Shown here: positions 31,724-40,708 of the stretch, in pieces
Numbering within the stretch: the first letter of the stretch is position 1
Layout of the letters: the number at the start of each line of letters is the position of its first letter
Origin: Candidatus Latescibacterota bacterium
Lineage (GTDB): Bacteria; Latescibacterota; UBA2968; UBA8231
DNA: 64,000 nucleotides
Reading direction: 5' to 3'
Assembly: GCA_965219385.1 (NCBI GenBank)
Contig: CBDCNM010000002.1
Coordinates: forward strand, 4,040,305 to 4,104,304
The notes under the pieces: generated by a model
Told to the model about the DNA's origin: nothing
What the model saw: only the letters and a program-made list of their open reading frames with translations
The model's database searches: none
Translations under genes and position numbers: made by a program

Positions 31724-32173
31724 ATGCGTTTAGGTCAAATCAAATGTCCTCCAGGGGCGCGGCGGAAAGCCAAGCGCCTTGGGCAAGGACCAGGTTCTGG
31801 TACGGGCAAGACCGCCGGGAAGGGTCATAAGGGCCAGCTCTCGAGATCGGGTGCCAGGCGTGGGCGGCGAAGCGGTTTTGAAGGAGGCCAAAACCCGATG
31901 CACCGCCGTCTTCCCAAGATAGGATTTTCAAACCAACCGTTTAAAAAAACGTATCAGGTAGTGAATCTGAGTGCAATCGAAGACCGGGGCCTCAAGGGTG
32001 AAATCGGGCCCGAGGAGCTTGAAAAGTCCGGTCTTATAAGGAAGATCTCAAGTCCCGTCAAAATTCTCGGTGAAGGCGATTTGACCCGAAATCTGACCAT
32101 AAAAGCTCACAAATTTTCCCAAAACGCACTTGAAAAAATCGCTCAGGTCGGTGGAAAAGCCGAGGTGATCTGA
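31724..32173 (+). CDS. rplO: 50S ribosomal protein L15
   Basis: GSGTGKTAGKGHKGQ, GFEGGQ.P..RRLPK.GF. Confidence 0.97.
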   Translation: MRLGQIKCPPGARRKAKRLGQGPGSGTGKTAGKGHKGQLSRSGARRGRRSGFEGGQNPMHRRLPKIGFSNQPFKKTYQVVNLSAIEDRGLKGEIGPEELEKSGLIRKISSPVKILGEGDLTRNLTIKAHKFSQNALEKIAQVGGKAEVI

Positions 32174-32174
32174 A

Positions 32175-33506
32175 GTGCTCCAGAGCTTTCAAAACTGTTT
32201 TAAAATTCCCGATTTAAGGCGGCGTATTATCTTTACGGTTGGTCTGCTGGTCGTCTATAGGGTAGGCGGGCAAATCACGGTTCCCGGTGTCGACCTGCAG
32301 GTCCTCAACGACTACTTTGCCAACACCGGGAGCACACTTTTCGGCCTTTATGACATGTTTGTCGGTGGGGCTTTTACCCGCGCAACCATTTTCGCCCTGG
32401 GAATTATGCCCTACATCAGTGCCTCTATTATCCTGCAATTGCTGGGGGCGGTGATTCCCTTCTTCCAGAAGTTGCAGCGAGAAGGTGAAGAAGGCCGCAA
32501 AAAAATCAATCAGTACACCCGCTACGGCACCGTTTTTCTGGCGGCGGCTCAATCCCTTGGCGTGACCTACTTTCTGGAGACCATCTCAACTCCCGCGGGC
32601 ATTGCCGCGGTTGCCGAGCCTGGATGGCCCTTTCGCCTTGCCACCATGCTTACGATCACTGCGGGAACCGTCTGTATCATGTGGCTGGGCGAACAGATTA
32701 CAGAACACGGTATCGGCAATGGTATCTCGCTCATCATTTTTATCGGTATTATAGCCGAATTGCCTTTTGCCATCATGAGCGAATACCAACTCTTTATGCT
32801 CAATCGAGGAGCAGGCAAGAACATAATCCAGGAACTATTCTTGGTCGCCCTGATATTGTTTGTCGTGGCTTTTGTAATCCTCCTTACTCAGGGGCAACGG
32901 AAAATCCCGGTACAGTACGCCAAGAGGGTCGTCGGCCGGCGGGTTTATGGGGGCCAGACCACACATATTCCCCTGCGGATAAACACTGCCGGCGTGATCC
33001 CCATCATTTTTGCTCAGTCGATCATGTTCCTGCCTGGTACTGTTACCCAACTGTTTCCCGACAGCGTAATTATGCAGACCCTGGGTGGTTACTTCTCAAT
33101 GGAGTCTATGTTCTACTGGTCTGTATATGCTCTTATGATCGTATTTTTTGCCTATTTTTATACGGCCATTGTCATGGATCCCAACCAGTTGTCTGACAAC
33201 ATGAAGAAACATGGCGGTTTCATTCCCGGGGTACGGCCGGGGCCCAAAACGGCGTCCTACATCGATAGGATCATGACGCGAATAACTCTGCCGGGCGCCA
33301 TCGCTCTGGCACTTGTGGCGGTAATTCCTTTCTTCGTGACCCAGCAGTTTAATGTGAGCCCTTCTTTTGCACAATTTTTCGGCGGTACTGGTTTATTGAT
33401 TATCGTCGGGGTTGCCCTCGATACCTTGCAGCAACTTGAGTCTCAACTGGTGACTCGACACTATGAGGGGTTTATGAAGAAGGGAAGGATTAAGGGACGT
33501 CGTTGA
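32175..33506 (+). CDS. secY: Preprotein translocase subunit SecY
   Basis: IFALGIMPYISASII, GIGNGISL, GGFIPGVRPG, FGGTGLLIIVGVA; multiple TM helices. Confidence 0.98.
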   Translation: MLQSFQNCFKIPDLRRRIIFTVGLLVVYRVGGQITVPGVDLQVLNDYFANTGSTLFGLYDMFVGGAFTRATIFALGIMPYISASIILQLLGAVIPFFQKLQREGEEGRKKINQYTRYGTVFLAAAQSLGVTYFLETISTPAGIAAVAEPGWPFRLATMLTITAGTVCIMWLGEQITEHGIGNGISLIIFIGIIAELPFAIMSEYQLFMLNRGAGKNIIQELFLVALILFVVAFVILLTQGQRKIPVQYAKRVVGRRVYGGQTTHIPLRINTAGVIPIIFAQSIMFLPGTVTQLFPDSVIMQTLGGYFSMESMFYWSVYALMIVFFAYFYTAIVMDPNQLSDNMKKHGGFIPGVRPGPKTASYIDRIMTRITLPGAIALALVAVIPFFVTQQFNVSPSFAQFFGGTGLLIIVGVALDTLQQLESQLVTRHYEGFMKKGRIKGRR

Positions 33507-33533
33507 CAACCCTGTTTTCCCAGGAGTCGAGTT

Positions 33534-33650
33534 TTGAAGGTTAAAGCATCTATAGGCAAACGCTGTGCGGAATGCAAAATCATTCGGCGCCATGGGGTTG
33601 TTCGCGTGATTTGTAAGCGAAACCCAAGGCATAAACAGCGACAAGGATAA
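33534..33650 (+). CDS. rpmJ: 50S ribosomal protein L36 (zinc-binding type)
   Basis: Manual translation from [43 protein letters not shown] aggag upstream. Confidence 0.95.
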   Translation: MKVKASIGKRCAECKIIRRHGVVRVICKRNPRHKQRQG

Positions 33651-33666
33651 AGGAGGGGCTACCCAA

Positions 33667-34047
33667 TTGGCACGTATTGCAGGTGTAGATTTGCCCCGGG
33701 ATAAGAGGGTCGCAATCGGACTCACCTATATCTATGGGATCGGTCAGAGTACGTCCAGCAAAATTATAGCACAGGCAGGGGTAGATCCCCAGACCCGTAC
33801 TCATGCATTGACCGAAGAGCAGGTGACTCAGCTGCGCGCTATTATAGAGACCGACCACAAGGTGGAAGGGAGTTTGCGCGGCGAGGTAAATATGAATATC
33901 AGGCGACTCACGGACACCGGAGCCTATAGGGGATTGCGTCATCGGCGGGGGTTGCCCGTGCACGGCCAGAGGACTAAAACTAATGCACGTACTCGCAAAG
34001 GGCCGAGACGCGCTATTGCGGGAAAGAAGAAAGTACCTACAAAATAA
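33667..34047 (+). CDS. rpsM: 30S ribosomal protein S13
   Basis: [38 protein letters not shown] start. Confidence 0.98.
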   Translation: MARIAGVDLPRDKRVAIGLTYIYGIGQSTSSKIIAQAGVDPQTRTHALTEEQVTQLRAIIETDHKVEGSLRGEVNMNIRRLTDTGAYRGLRHRRGLPVHGQRTKTNARTRKGPRRAIAGKKKVPTK

Positions 34048-34094
34048 GGTCTGGTCCAATGGGCCAATAACCAGAAAACAAAAGGGGCGTTCAT

Positions 34095-34487
34095 TTGTCA
34101 CCAGAAAGATCGCACAGAAGACGTAAAAAGGCCAAACAGGTAGAATCTATCGGCATTGCCCATGTGCTGGCCACCTTCAATAACACCATCATTACCTTGA
34201 CAGATCGCCAGGGCAATGTGATTTCATGGGCAACTCCTGGTAAAATGGGTGTCAAAGGAAGTCGCAAGTCGACTCCCTTTGCAGGCCAGATGGCGGCTGA
34301 GAAGGCTGCGCAGGAGGCAATGAATATTGGCTTGAGGAGGGTTGAGGTCTGGGTAAAAGGGCCTGGAGTTGGACGCGAGTCCGCCATTCGGGCTCTACAG
34401 GCTACAGGCCTTGAGATTTCCGCAATACGCGATGTTACTCCTATCCCCCATAATGGTTGTCGGCCACCCAAGCGCCGTCGAGTATAG
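34095..34487 (+). CDS. rpsK: 30S ribosomal protein S11
   Basis: [38 protein letters not shown] start. Confidence 0.98.
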   Translation: MSPERSHRRRKKAKQVESIGIAHVLATFNNTIITLTDRQGNVISWATPGKMGVKGSRKSTPFAGQMAAEKAAQEAMNIGLRRVEVWVKGPGVGRESAIRALQATGLEISAIRDVTPIPHNGCRPPKRRRV

Positions 34488-34502
34488 ATCAGGAGCGGGT
34501 GA

Positions 34503-35129
34503 ATGAGCAGATACGTAGGTCCCAACTGTCGCTTTTGTCGGCGCGAAGGAATGAAGCTTTTTCTCAAGGGGGAGCGTTGTAAACTTGAGAAGTGCGCTTT
34601 CGAGCGGCGTAGTTATGCCCCAGGACAACACGGACAGCGCATGCGCCGCAAACAGTCCGGTTACAGCGTGCAGTTAAGGGCAAAACAGCAACTGGCCCGT
34701 CTCTATGGGGTACGCGAGGGGCAATTCAGGGGGTATTATAAAGAAGCAACACGGGTTCCTGGAGTAAGCGGGGAAAACCTGCTCCGCCTTCTTGAAAGCC
34801 GCCTGGATAATGTGGTCTATCGCCTCGGCTTTGCCCCTTCGCGCAAGGCAGCGCGCCAGCTTATACGGCACAATCACATCGATGTGAATGGCCACAGAGT
34901 AAATATTCCTTCTTACTTGACCAGCCCAGGGGAGGCCATCCAGGTCGCCGAGAAAAGCCGTAAGGTAGACATCATTCACGAGTCGCTGAGGCGGGTGCGG
35001 GATTTGGTGCCGTGGTTGTCTGTTGACAAAGTTAATCTACAAGGATCCGTTTTGGAAAAACCGAATCGCGAAGATATTCCAACCATAGCTGAAGAGCAGA
35101 TAGTTATTGAATTTTACTCAAGAGTGTAA
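34503..35129 (+). CDS. rpsD: 30S ribosomal protein S4 (Cys/zinc-binding type)
   Basis: CRFCRREG..LFLKGERC...KC; LESRLDNVVYRLG; ARQLIRH.H. Confidence 0.98.
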   Translation: MSRYVGPNCRFCRREGMKLFLKGERCKLEKCAFERRSYAPGQHGQRMRRKQSGYSVQLRAKQQLARLYGVREGQFRGYYKEATRVPGVSGENLLRLLESRLDNVVYRLGFAPSRKAARQLIRHNHIDVNGHRVNIPSYLTSPGEAIQVAEKSRKVDIIHESLRRVRDLVPWLSVDKVNLQGSVLEKPNREDIPTIAEEQIVIEFYSRV

Positions 35130-35197
35130 ATTTTACTGCTCCAACCTTTGTAGAGCTTTCCCCCCTAAAAACTGGAAAAAAGGGAGCTAGGTGGCCG

Positions 35198-36199
35198 ATG
35201 AAAGTAGAAGGTCTCCAGATGCCGAGGATCGTCGAAATCGACAAGAATAGCCTCAGCGAGACTTACGGTGAATTCGTGGTTCAGCCACTCGAGCGAGGAT
35301 TCGGGGTCACCCTGGGTCACAGCCTGCGGCGGATACTGGTTTCCTCTATTCAGGGTGCGGCAATTATGCAGGTGAGCATCGAAGGGGTGCAGCACGAGTT
35401 TTCCGCGGTGAAAGGGGTTCGCGAAGATGTCCCCGAAATTGTCCTGAACCTCAAGGAGGTAGCGATAAGATACCATGGTGCGGAAGAACGCACCCTGCGG
35501 GTTGAAGCCACTGGACCTGGTGAGATTTTCGCCAGGGATCTGGGCGTTGACCCCAGCGTCGAGGTCATGAACTCCGATCTGTATATTGCCACTCTGGAGG
35601 ACGGGGCAGAATTGAAGATGGATCTCACCGTTGGACAGGGACGCGGTTATGTTTTTGCCGAAGAGAACAAAACCTCTGAGCAACCAATCGGCACCATTCC
35701 TCTCGATGCGAACTATTCGCCTGTGCTCAAGGTCCACTACGAGCTTGAGAACGCCCGGGTGGGGCGGCGGACCGACTATGACAAACTCACTTTGAGTGTC
35801 TGGACCGATGGATCGGTTAAGCCAGAAGATGCGGTAGCGCAGGCATCCCAGATCCTTACCGAACACCTGGATCTGTTCATAAACTTTGAAGACGGGTCAG
35901 ATGTACCCGAAGAGAAAAAGATCGATGACGAAACCAAGCGCGTGGCCAAACTGCTGGCTATGCCGATCGACGAGTTGGAGCTATCCGTTCGGTCTGCCAA
36001 TTGCTTGAGAGCGGCCGGGATCACACATTTGAAGGAACTGGTTCCACGCACCGAAGCCGAGATGTTGAAATACCGGAACTTTGGCCGTAAATCCCTGAAC
36101 GAGTTAGGGGAAATACTGAAAACCTTGAACCTCAATTGGGGCATGGATCTGGCTCTGTACGATAATGTCGGAATAGATGAGGACGTGGCTAGCCCGTAG
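35198..36199 (+). CDS. rpoA: RNA polymerase alpha subunit
   Basis: PLERGFGVTLG..LRR, LELSVRSANCL, NFGRKSLNE. Confidence 0.98.
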   Translation: MKVEGLQMPRIVEIDKNSLSETYGEFVVQPLERGFGVTLGHSLRRILVSSIQGAAIMQVSIEGVQHEFSAVKGVREDVPEIVLNLKEVAIRYHGAEERTLRVEATGPGEIFARDLGVDPSVEVMNSDLYIATLEDGAELKMDLTVGQGRGYVFAEENKTSEQPIGTIPLDANYSPVLKVHYELENARVGRRTDYDKLTLSVWTDGSVKPEDAVAQASQILTEHLDLFINFEDGSDVPEEKKIDDETKRVAKLLAMPIDELELSVRSANCLRAAGITHLKELVPRTEAEMLKYRNFGRKSLNELGEILKTLNLNWGMDLALYDNVGIDEDVASP

Positions 36200-36234
36200 C
36201 AGAGGAATTCTGATCCTTCCAGGAAGAAAAGAAG

Positions 36235-36684
36235 ATGCGACACGGCAAAAAAGTACCCAAATTAGGTCGTACCCACAGCCAGCGAAAAGCGATGTTTGCC
36301 AATATGGTCACCTCACTTTTCGAGAATGAGTCGATCCGTACGACCAGTGCCCGGGCAAAAGAAATACGACGTACGGCCGAGCATATGATCACATTTGCCA
36401 AGCGCGGTGATTTACATGCGCGACGCCAGGTTTTGCGTTTGATCGCCAACAAAAGAGTGGTGAGCAAACTTTTCGAAGAGCTTGGCCCACGTTATCAAAG
36501 TCGCAACGGAGGTTATACGCGGACCGTCAAGACCGGGCCTCGGCGCGGCGATGCCGCTGCTATGTGCATTCTCGAATTGGTAGATCGCCAGGATAGAAGC
36601 CCTGTTGCAGAAGAGCCTTCCAACACCAAAGAGCCTCAACAGACCGATGAGAAGGTCGATAACGCAGAAGAGAGAAAAGACTGA
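36235..36684 (+). CDS. rplQ: 50S ribosomal protein L17
   Basis: MRHGK..PKLGRT, RNGGYTR, RRGDAA; acidic C-terminal tail. Confidence 0.98.
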   Translation: MRHGKKVPKLGRTHSQRKAMFANMVTSLFENESIRTTSARAKEIRRTAEHMITFAKRGDLHARRQVLRLIANKRVVSKLFEELGPRYQSRNGGYTRTVKTGPRRGDAAAMCILELVDRQDRSPVAEEPSNTKEPQQTDEKVDNAEERKD

Positions 36685-36711
36685 ATATTTACTTCAGTTT
36701 TTATCGATTTC

Positions 36712-36753
36712 AGGCGAGACGAGATGGTTTGTATCTTGTCTCGTTTTCTTTTT
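36712..36753 (+). terminator. Rho-independent terminator of the ribosomal superoperon
   Basis: ggcgagacgagat-ggtttgt-atcttgtctcgtt followed by ttcttttt. Confidence 0.75.
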
Positions 36754-36798
36754 CCTAAGAAGGCTTCTAACGCAAATTGATCGTCAGAAGGCCTGGAT

Positions 36799-38157
36799 AT
36801 GAAACGTGGCCAAAAGATTGTAGTGGAAGTAGAACAATTGTCCAACCGCGGAGATGGAGTCGGTTTTTTTGACGGAAAGGAAGTCAATATTAGGGGTGCG
36901 GTTCCAGGTGATAAGGTAGAGGCCTATATAAAGAAGAAACGCAAAGGACGGCTTGAAGCTTCAGTGGTGGAGTTTCTGAGATACGGCATCGAACGCCAGA
37001 CCCCTTCCTGCCAGCATTTCGGGATTTGTGGGGGATGCTGTTGGCAGGACCTGGCTTATGCGGACCAGCTGGAGATCAAAGAAAGGATGGTAATAAGTAT
37101 CCTGGAAAACAAGGGCCTCCAGATGGTAGAGATAAAACCTATTTTGCAGAGTCCGACTCCTTTGTACTATCGCAATAAAATGGAGTTTTCCTTCGGTATG
37201 GACCCCCAGGGAAATCTACAATTGGGCCTCCATGTGAGGGGCCGTTTTAATCATTTGTTCGATGTCGTGAACTGCTGGCTCCAATCAGAAATTTCGAATC
37301 GGATACTCCGGTCTGTACGGCAAGAGGCCTCTAGTCAGGGACTAGCAGCCTACGATCTGAAAAAACACCAGGGCCTGCTGCGTTTCCTGGTCATACGAGA
37401 AGGTAAGAGAAGTGGAGAGGTGATGGTTAATCTGGTGGTTTCCGAGTACCCCTGCGACGCTGTTGACCGATTGATCAAGGTAGTCCTGCAGGAGATACCC
37501 GAGATAACGACCTTTGTAGTTACTCTACACCAGGGGAAAGCACAGGTGGCGATGGGGCAGCGGGAATTCGTTCTCAAAGATAGAGGTAAAATCGTGGAAA
37601 ATTGTGCTGGATTGACTTTCGAGATCTCGGCACAGTCCTTTTTTCAAACCAATCCCCTCCAGGCTGAAAATCTCTACAAGGTTGTCGCTCAGTTGGCCGG
37701 TAATCTGGAGGGCAAAGAGGTGCTTGATCTATACTGTGGAACTGGTGGTATCGGGCTGTATCTGGCGCGGGGAGCCCGGTTGGTTCTGGGGGTTGAATTG
37801 GTGCCGGAAGCGGTTGAAGACGCCCGCTACAATGCCTTGCAAAACGGGATCCAGAACAGTAGATTCGTCGCTGGGTCTGTAGAGGATATTTTGACGAACC
37901 TACAGGAAGATGGGCAGCAGTTTGACTTGGTTGTACTGGATCCTCCCCGGGCAGGGCTGCACCAAAAACTACGGATGGCCCTAGGTAGATTGAACCCTCC
38001 TCAACTCATCTACGTATCTTGTAATCCACTCTCTCTTGCCGATGATCTGGAGGTGCTTTGCGCCTCAGGCTATCTGGCTGAGGTAGTCCAGCCAATTGAT
38101 ATGTTTCCCCAGACTCCTCATTGTGAAGTGGTGGTCAAACTGGCGCGATGCACGTAA
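36799..38157 (+). CDS. rlmD: 23S rRNA (uracil-5-)-methyltransferase, RlmD/RumA family
   Basis: N-terminal TRAM domain, CQHFGICGGC Fe-S motif, YRNKMEF, SFFQTN, DLYCGTG, DPPRAG, catalytic YVSCNP, DMFPQT.H.E. Confidence 0.92.
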   Translation: MKRGQKIVVEVEQLSNRGDGVGFFDGKEVNIRGAVPGDKVEAYIKKKRKGRLEASVVEFLRYGIERQTPSCQHFGICGGCCWQDLAYADQLEIKERMVISILENKGLQMVEIKPILQSPTPLYYRNKMEFSFGMDPQGNLQLGLHVRGRFNHLFDVVNCWLQSEISNRILRSVRQEASSQGLAAYDLKKHQGLLRFLVIREGKRSGEVMVNLVVSEYPCDAVDRLIKVVLQEIPEITTFVVTLHQGKAQVAMGQREFVLKDRGKIVENCAGLTFEISAQSFFQTNPLQAENLYKVVAQLAGNLEGKEVLDLYCGTGGIGLYLARGARLVLGVELVPEAVEDARYNALQNGIQNSRFVAGSVEDILTNLQEDGQQFDLVVLDPPRAGLHQKLRMALGRLNPPQLIYVSCNPLSLADDLEVLCASGYLAEVVQPIDMFPQTPHCEVVVKLARCT

Positions 38158-38244
38158 TTGGTGTGTTGAGTCATTACGATAGTTGCATTTTGTCATAATG
38201 GCAGTTTTGCGCGAATAAAGCCAAAATCGCAGGCAGAGTAATCC

Positions 38245-38261
38245 GCGGCACAGAATTTGCA
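38245..38261 (+). promoter_or_regulatory. Putative sigma-54 (-24/-12) promoter upstream of lon
   Basis: gcGGCACAGAATTTGCa, i.e. GG-N10-GC close to TGGCAC-N5-TTGC. Near-palindrome TGTCATAATGGCA at 38191-38203 upstream. Confidence 0.6.
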
Positions 38262-38350
38262 TCAACAGGTCAGAGTCCGACCAAGGCCGACTGCTGCTTT
38301 GGAGCAGCCCCAAAGTTCTTTGGCTTAGCGACCTGAGAAGCCTTCTGAGA

Positions 38351-40693
38351 GTGGGAAAAATAAATATGAAAATTCCACAAGAGTTGCCGGTTATGCCCCT
38401 GCGCAATATGGTGCTTTATCCAAGTGTGCCCACTCGACTGCTGGTCGGTCGAGAGGGGTCGTTGGAACTGGTTGAACAGGCCATGGAGAGAGAACGGATT
38501 ATTGCCATTGTCGCCCAGAAGGATGCGGGCGAGGAGCAGCCTGGCCAGGATGATGTCTACCGGGTGGGGGTCGCCGCTTTTATCCATAGTGTGTTCCGGA
38601 TGCCCGACAATCACCTGCAAATCCTGGTGCATGGATTAAAGAGGATACGTCTGAAGGAGTTTACTCCCAACGGCCATTATTTAGTCGCCCGGGTAGAGGA
38701 GATAGGAGAAATTGAACTGGGAGGTCGTGAAGAGCAGGCACTGGCCCAGAAGCTATCGCGCCAATTCCAGAAAATGGTCGAGTTGGTACCTGCTCTGAGC
38801 AATGAGTTGCAGGTGACGGCTATAAATCTCGAAAAAAAGTTGGCGCAGTTGACGGATTTCATTGCCTCGGGACTGGATATACCTGTTGAAGCGAAACAGA
38901 AATTGCTCCAGGAGAATTCTGTGCGGCGCCGTCTGGAGCAGTTGACCGTCTTGCTGAACAAAGAGTTGTCCATCCTGGAAATAGGGCACGCGATTCAGAA
39001 TCAGGTGCAGGAGGAAGTTGGGCAAGCTCAACGGGAGCATTTCCTGCGCGAGCAAATGAAAGCGATTCAGAAGGAATTGGGTGAAGATGGGGACAGTGAG
39101 ATTGAGCAATTGCAGGAGTTGATCACAAAAACCAACCTGCCAGAAGAGGCCCAGAAGGAAGCCAAACGCCAGCTTGAGCGCCTGGCACACATGCCTCCTG
39201 GAGCGGCTGAGTATACCGTAGCCCGCATCTATCTGGATTGGATCACAAGTTTGCCATGGAATAAGTCCTCCCGGGACCGTCTCGATATCCACAGGGCGCA
39301 TGCGGTCCTCGATGAAGACCACGAAGGACTAGAAAAGATAAAGGAGCGCATTCTGGAGTGCCTGGCTGTGCACAAACTGAAAAAGGACTCTAAGGGGCCC
39401 ATCTTTTGCTTTGTTGGTCCGCCGGGGGTAGGTAAGACTTCGCTGGGACGCTCCATTGCTCGAGCTCTGGGAAGGAAGTTTGTACGCATTTCCCTGGGCG
39501 GGATTCACGACGAGGCTGAGATTCGCGGTCATCGGCGCACTTATATAGGTTCCCTGCCCGGCCGGATTGTGCAGGGCTTGCGCAAAGCCGGGACCAACAA
39601 CCCGGTTTTTATGCTGGATGAAATCGACAAAGTGGGGGCCGACTTCCGCGGCGACCCAGCTGCTGCTCTGCTGGAGGTGCTGGATCCCGAGCAAAATTCT
39701 ACCTTTGCCGATCACTACTTGGATGTGGCTTTTGATCTTTCCAAAGTGATGTTCATAGCCACGGCGAACCAGTTGGAGGCCATTCCTCCAGCTCTGCGAG
39801 ACCGTCTGGAGGTGATCCAGCTGTCCGGGTACACAGAAGATGAAAAAGTCAAAATCGCCCAGGCCCATTTGCTGCCACGACAGCTGAAGGAACACGGCCT
39901 GAGTCGCCGCAAAGTGAAAATGGAAAAAGCGGCTATACGGGCTCTGGTTCGCGGCTATACCCACGAAGCGGGGGTGCGCAATCTGGAGAGGGAAATCGGT
40001 CGAATATGCCGCAAGATCGCCCGCCAGGTGGTGGAAGGGGCGCGGGGAGGCTTTGTCGTTGCAGGCGAAAATCTGGCGCGGTTCCTAGGGCCTGAAAAGG
40101 TGCAGCAGAACCTGTTGGAGGAAACCGACAGCCCCGGTATTGTCACCGGTCTTGCCTGGACCCCAGCGGGTGGAGAGGTTATGTTTGTCGAAGCTACCAA
40201 GATGAAAGGAAACAAAGGACTTACTCTGACGGGCAAGCTGGGAGAAGTGATGAGGGAATCCGCACAGATCGCCCTTTCGTACCTGAGAGCGCGAGCCAGT
40301 GAATGGAATATCGCGCCGGATTTTTTCGCCAGGCAGGATATTCATGTCCATTTACCTTCCGGGGCTGTTCCCAAAGACGGACCTTCTGCCGGAGTCGCGG
40401 TGGCCACAGCTTTGCTCTCATTGTTGACCGGGAGACCTCTCAGGGAGAATATTGCCATGACCGGTGAGGTGACGCTGCGGGGCCGCGTTCTGCCAGTGGG
40501 GGGGATTAAGGAGAAGCTACTGGCGGCGCACCGCGTTGGGATCCATACCGTCGTCCTGCCTCGGCGCAGTGAAAAAGATCTGGAGGAGTTGCCTCCGGAG
40601 GTACGCCAAAGCATGGAGTTTGTCCTGGTGGAGGACCTGTCCCAAGTATTTGCGGCCTGTTTTACCGATAAGGCAGTGCGTCAGGCCGCCTGA
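38351..40693 (+). CDS. lon: ATP-dependent Lon protease
   Basis: LON N-domain, Walker A GPPGVGKT, EIRGHRRTYIG, PKDGPSAG (catalytic Ser), GGIKEK (catalytic Lys). Start could be ATG 38366. Confidence 0.96.
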   Translation: MGKINMKIPQELPVMPLRNMVLYPSVPTRLLVGREGSLELVEQAMERERIIAIVAQKDAGEEQPGQDDVYRVGVAAFIHSVFRMPDNHLQILVHGLKRIRLKEFTPNGHYLVARVEEIGEIELGGREEQALAQKLSRQFQKMVELVPALSNELQVTAINLEKKLAQLTDFIASGLDIPVEAKQKLLQENSVRRRLEQLTVLLNKELSILEIGHAIQNQVQEEVGQAQREHFLREQMKAIQKELGEDGDSEIEQLQELITKTNLPEEAQKEAKRQLERLAHMPPGAAEYTVARIYLDWITSLPWNKSSRDRLDIHRAHAVLDEDHEGLEKIKERILECLAVHKLKKDSKGPIFCFVGPPGVGKTSLGRSIARALGRKFVRISLGGIHDEAEIRGHRRTYIGSLPGRIVQGLRKAGTNNPVFMLDEIDKVGADFRGDPAAALLEVLDPEQNSTFADHYLDVAFDLSKVMFIATANQLEAIPPALRDRLEVIQLSGYTEDEKVKIAQAHLLPRQLKEHGLSRRKVKMEKAAIRALVRGYTHEAGVRNLEREIGRICRKIARQVVEGARGGFVVAGENLARFLGPEKVQQNLLEETDSPGIVTGLAWTPAGGEVMFVEATKMKGNKGLTLTGKLGEVMRESAQIALSYLRARASEWNIAPDFFARQDIHVHLPSGAVPKDGPSAGVAVATALLSLLTGRPLRENIAMTGEVTLRGRVLPVGGIKEKLLAAHRVGIHTVVLPRRSEKDLEELPPEVRQSMEFVLVEDLSQVFAACFTDKAVRQAA

Positions 40694-40708
40694 ACCGAGT
40701 AGGATTGG

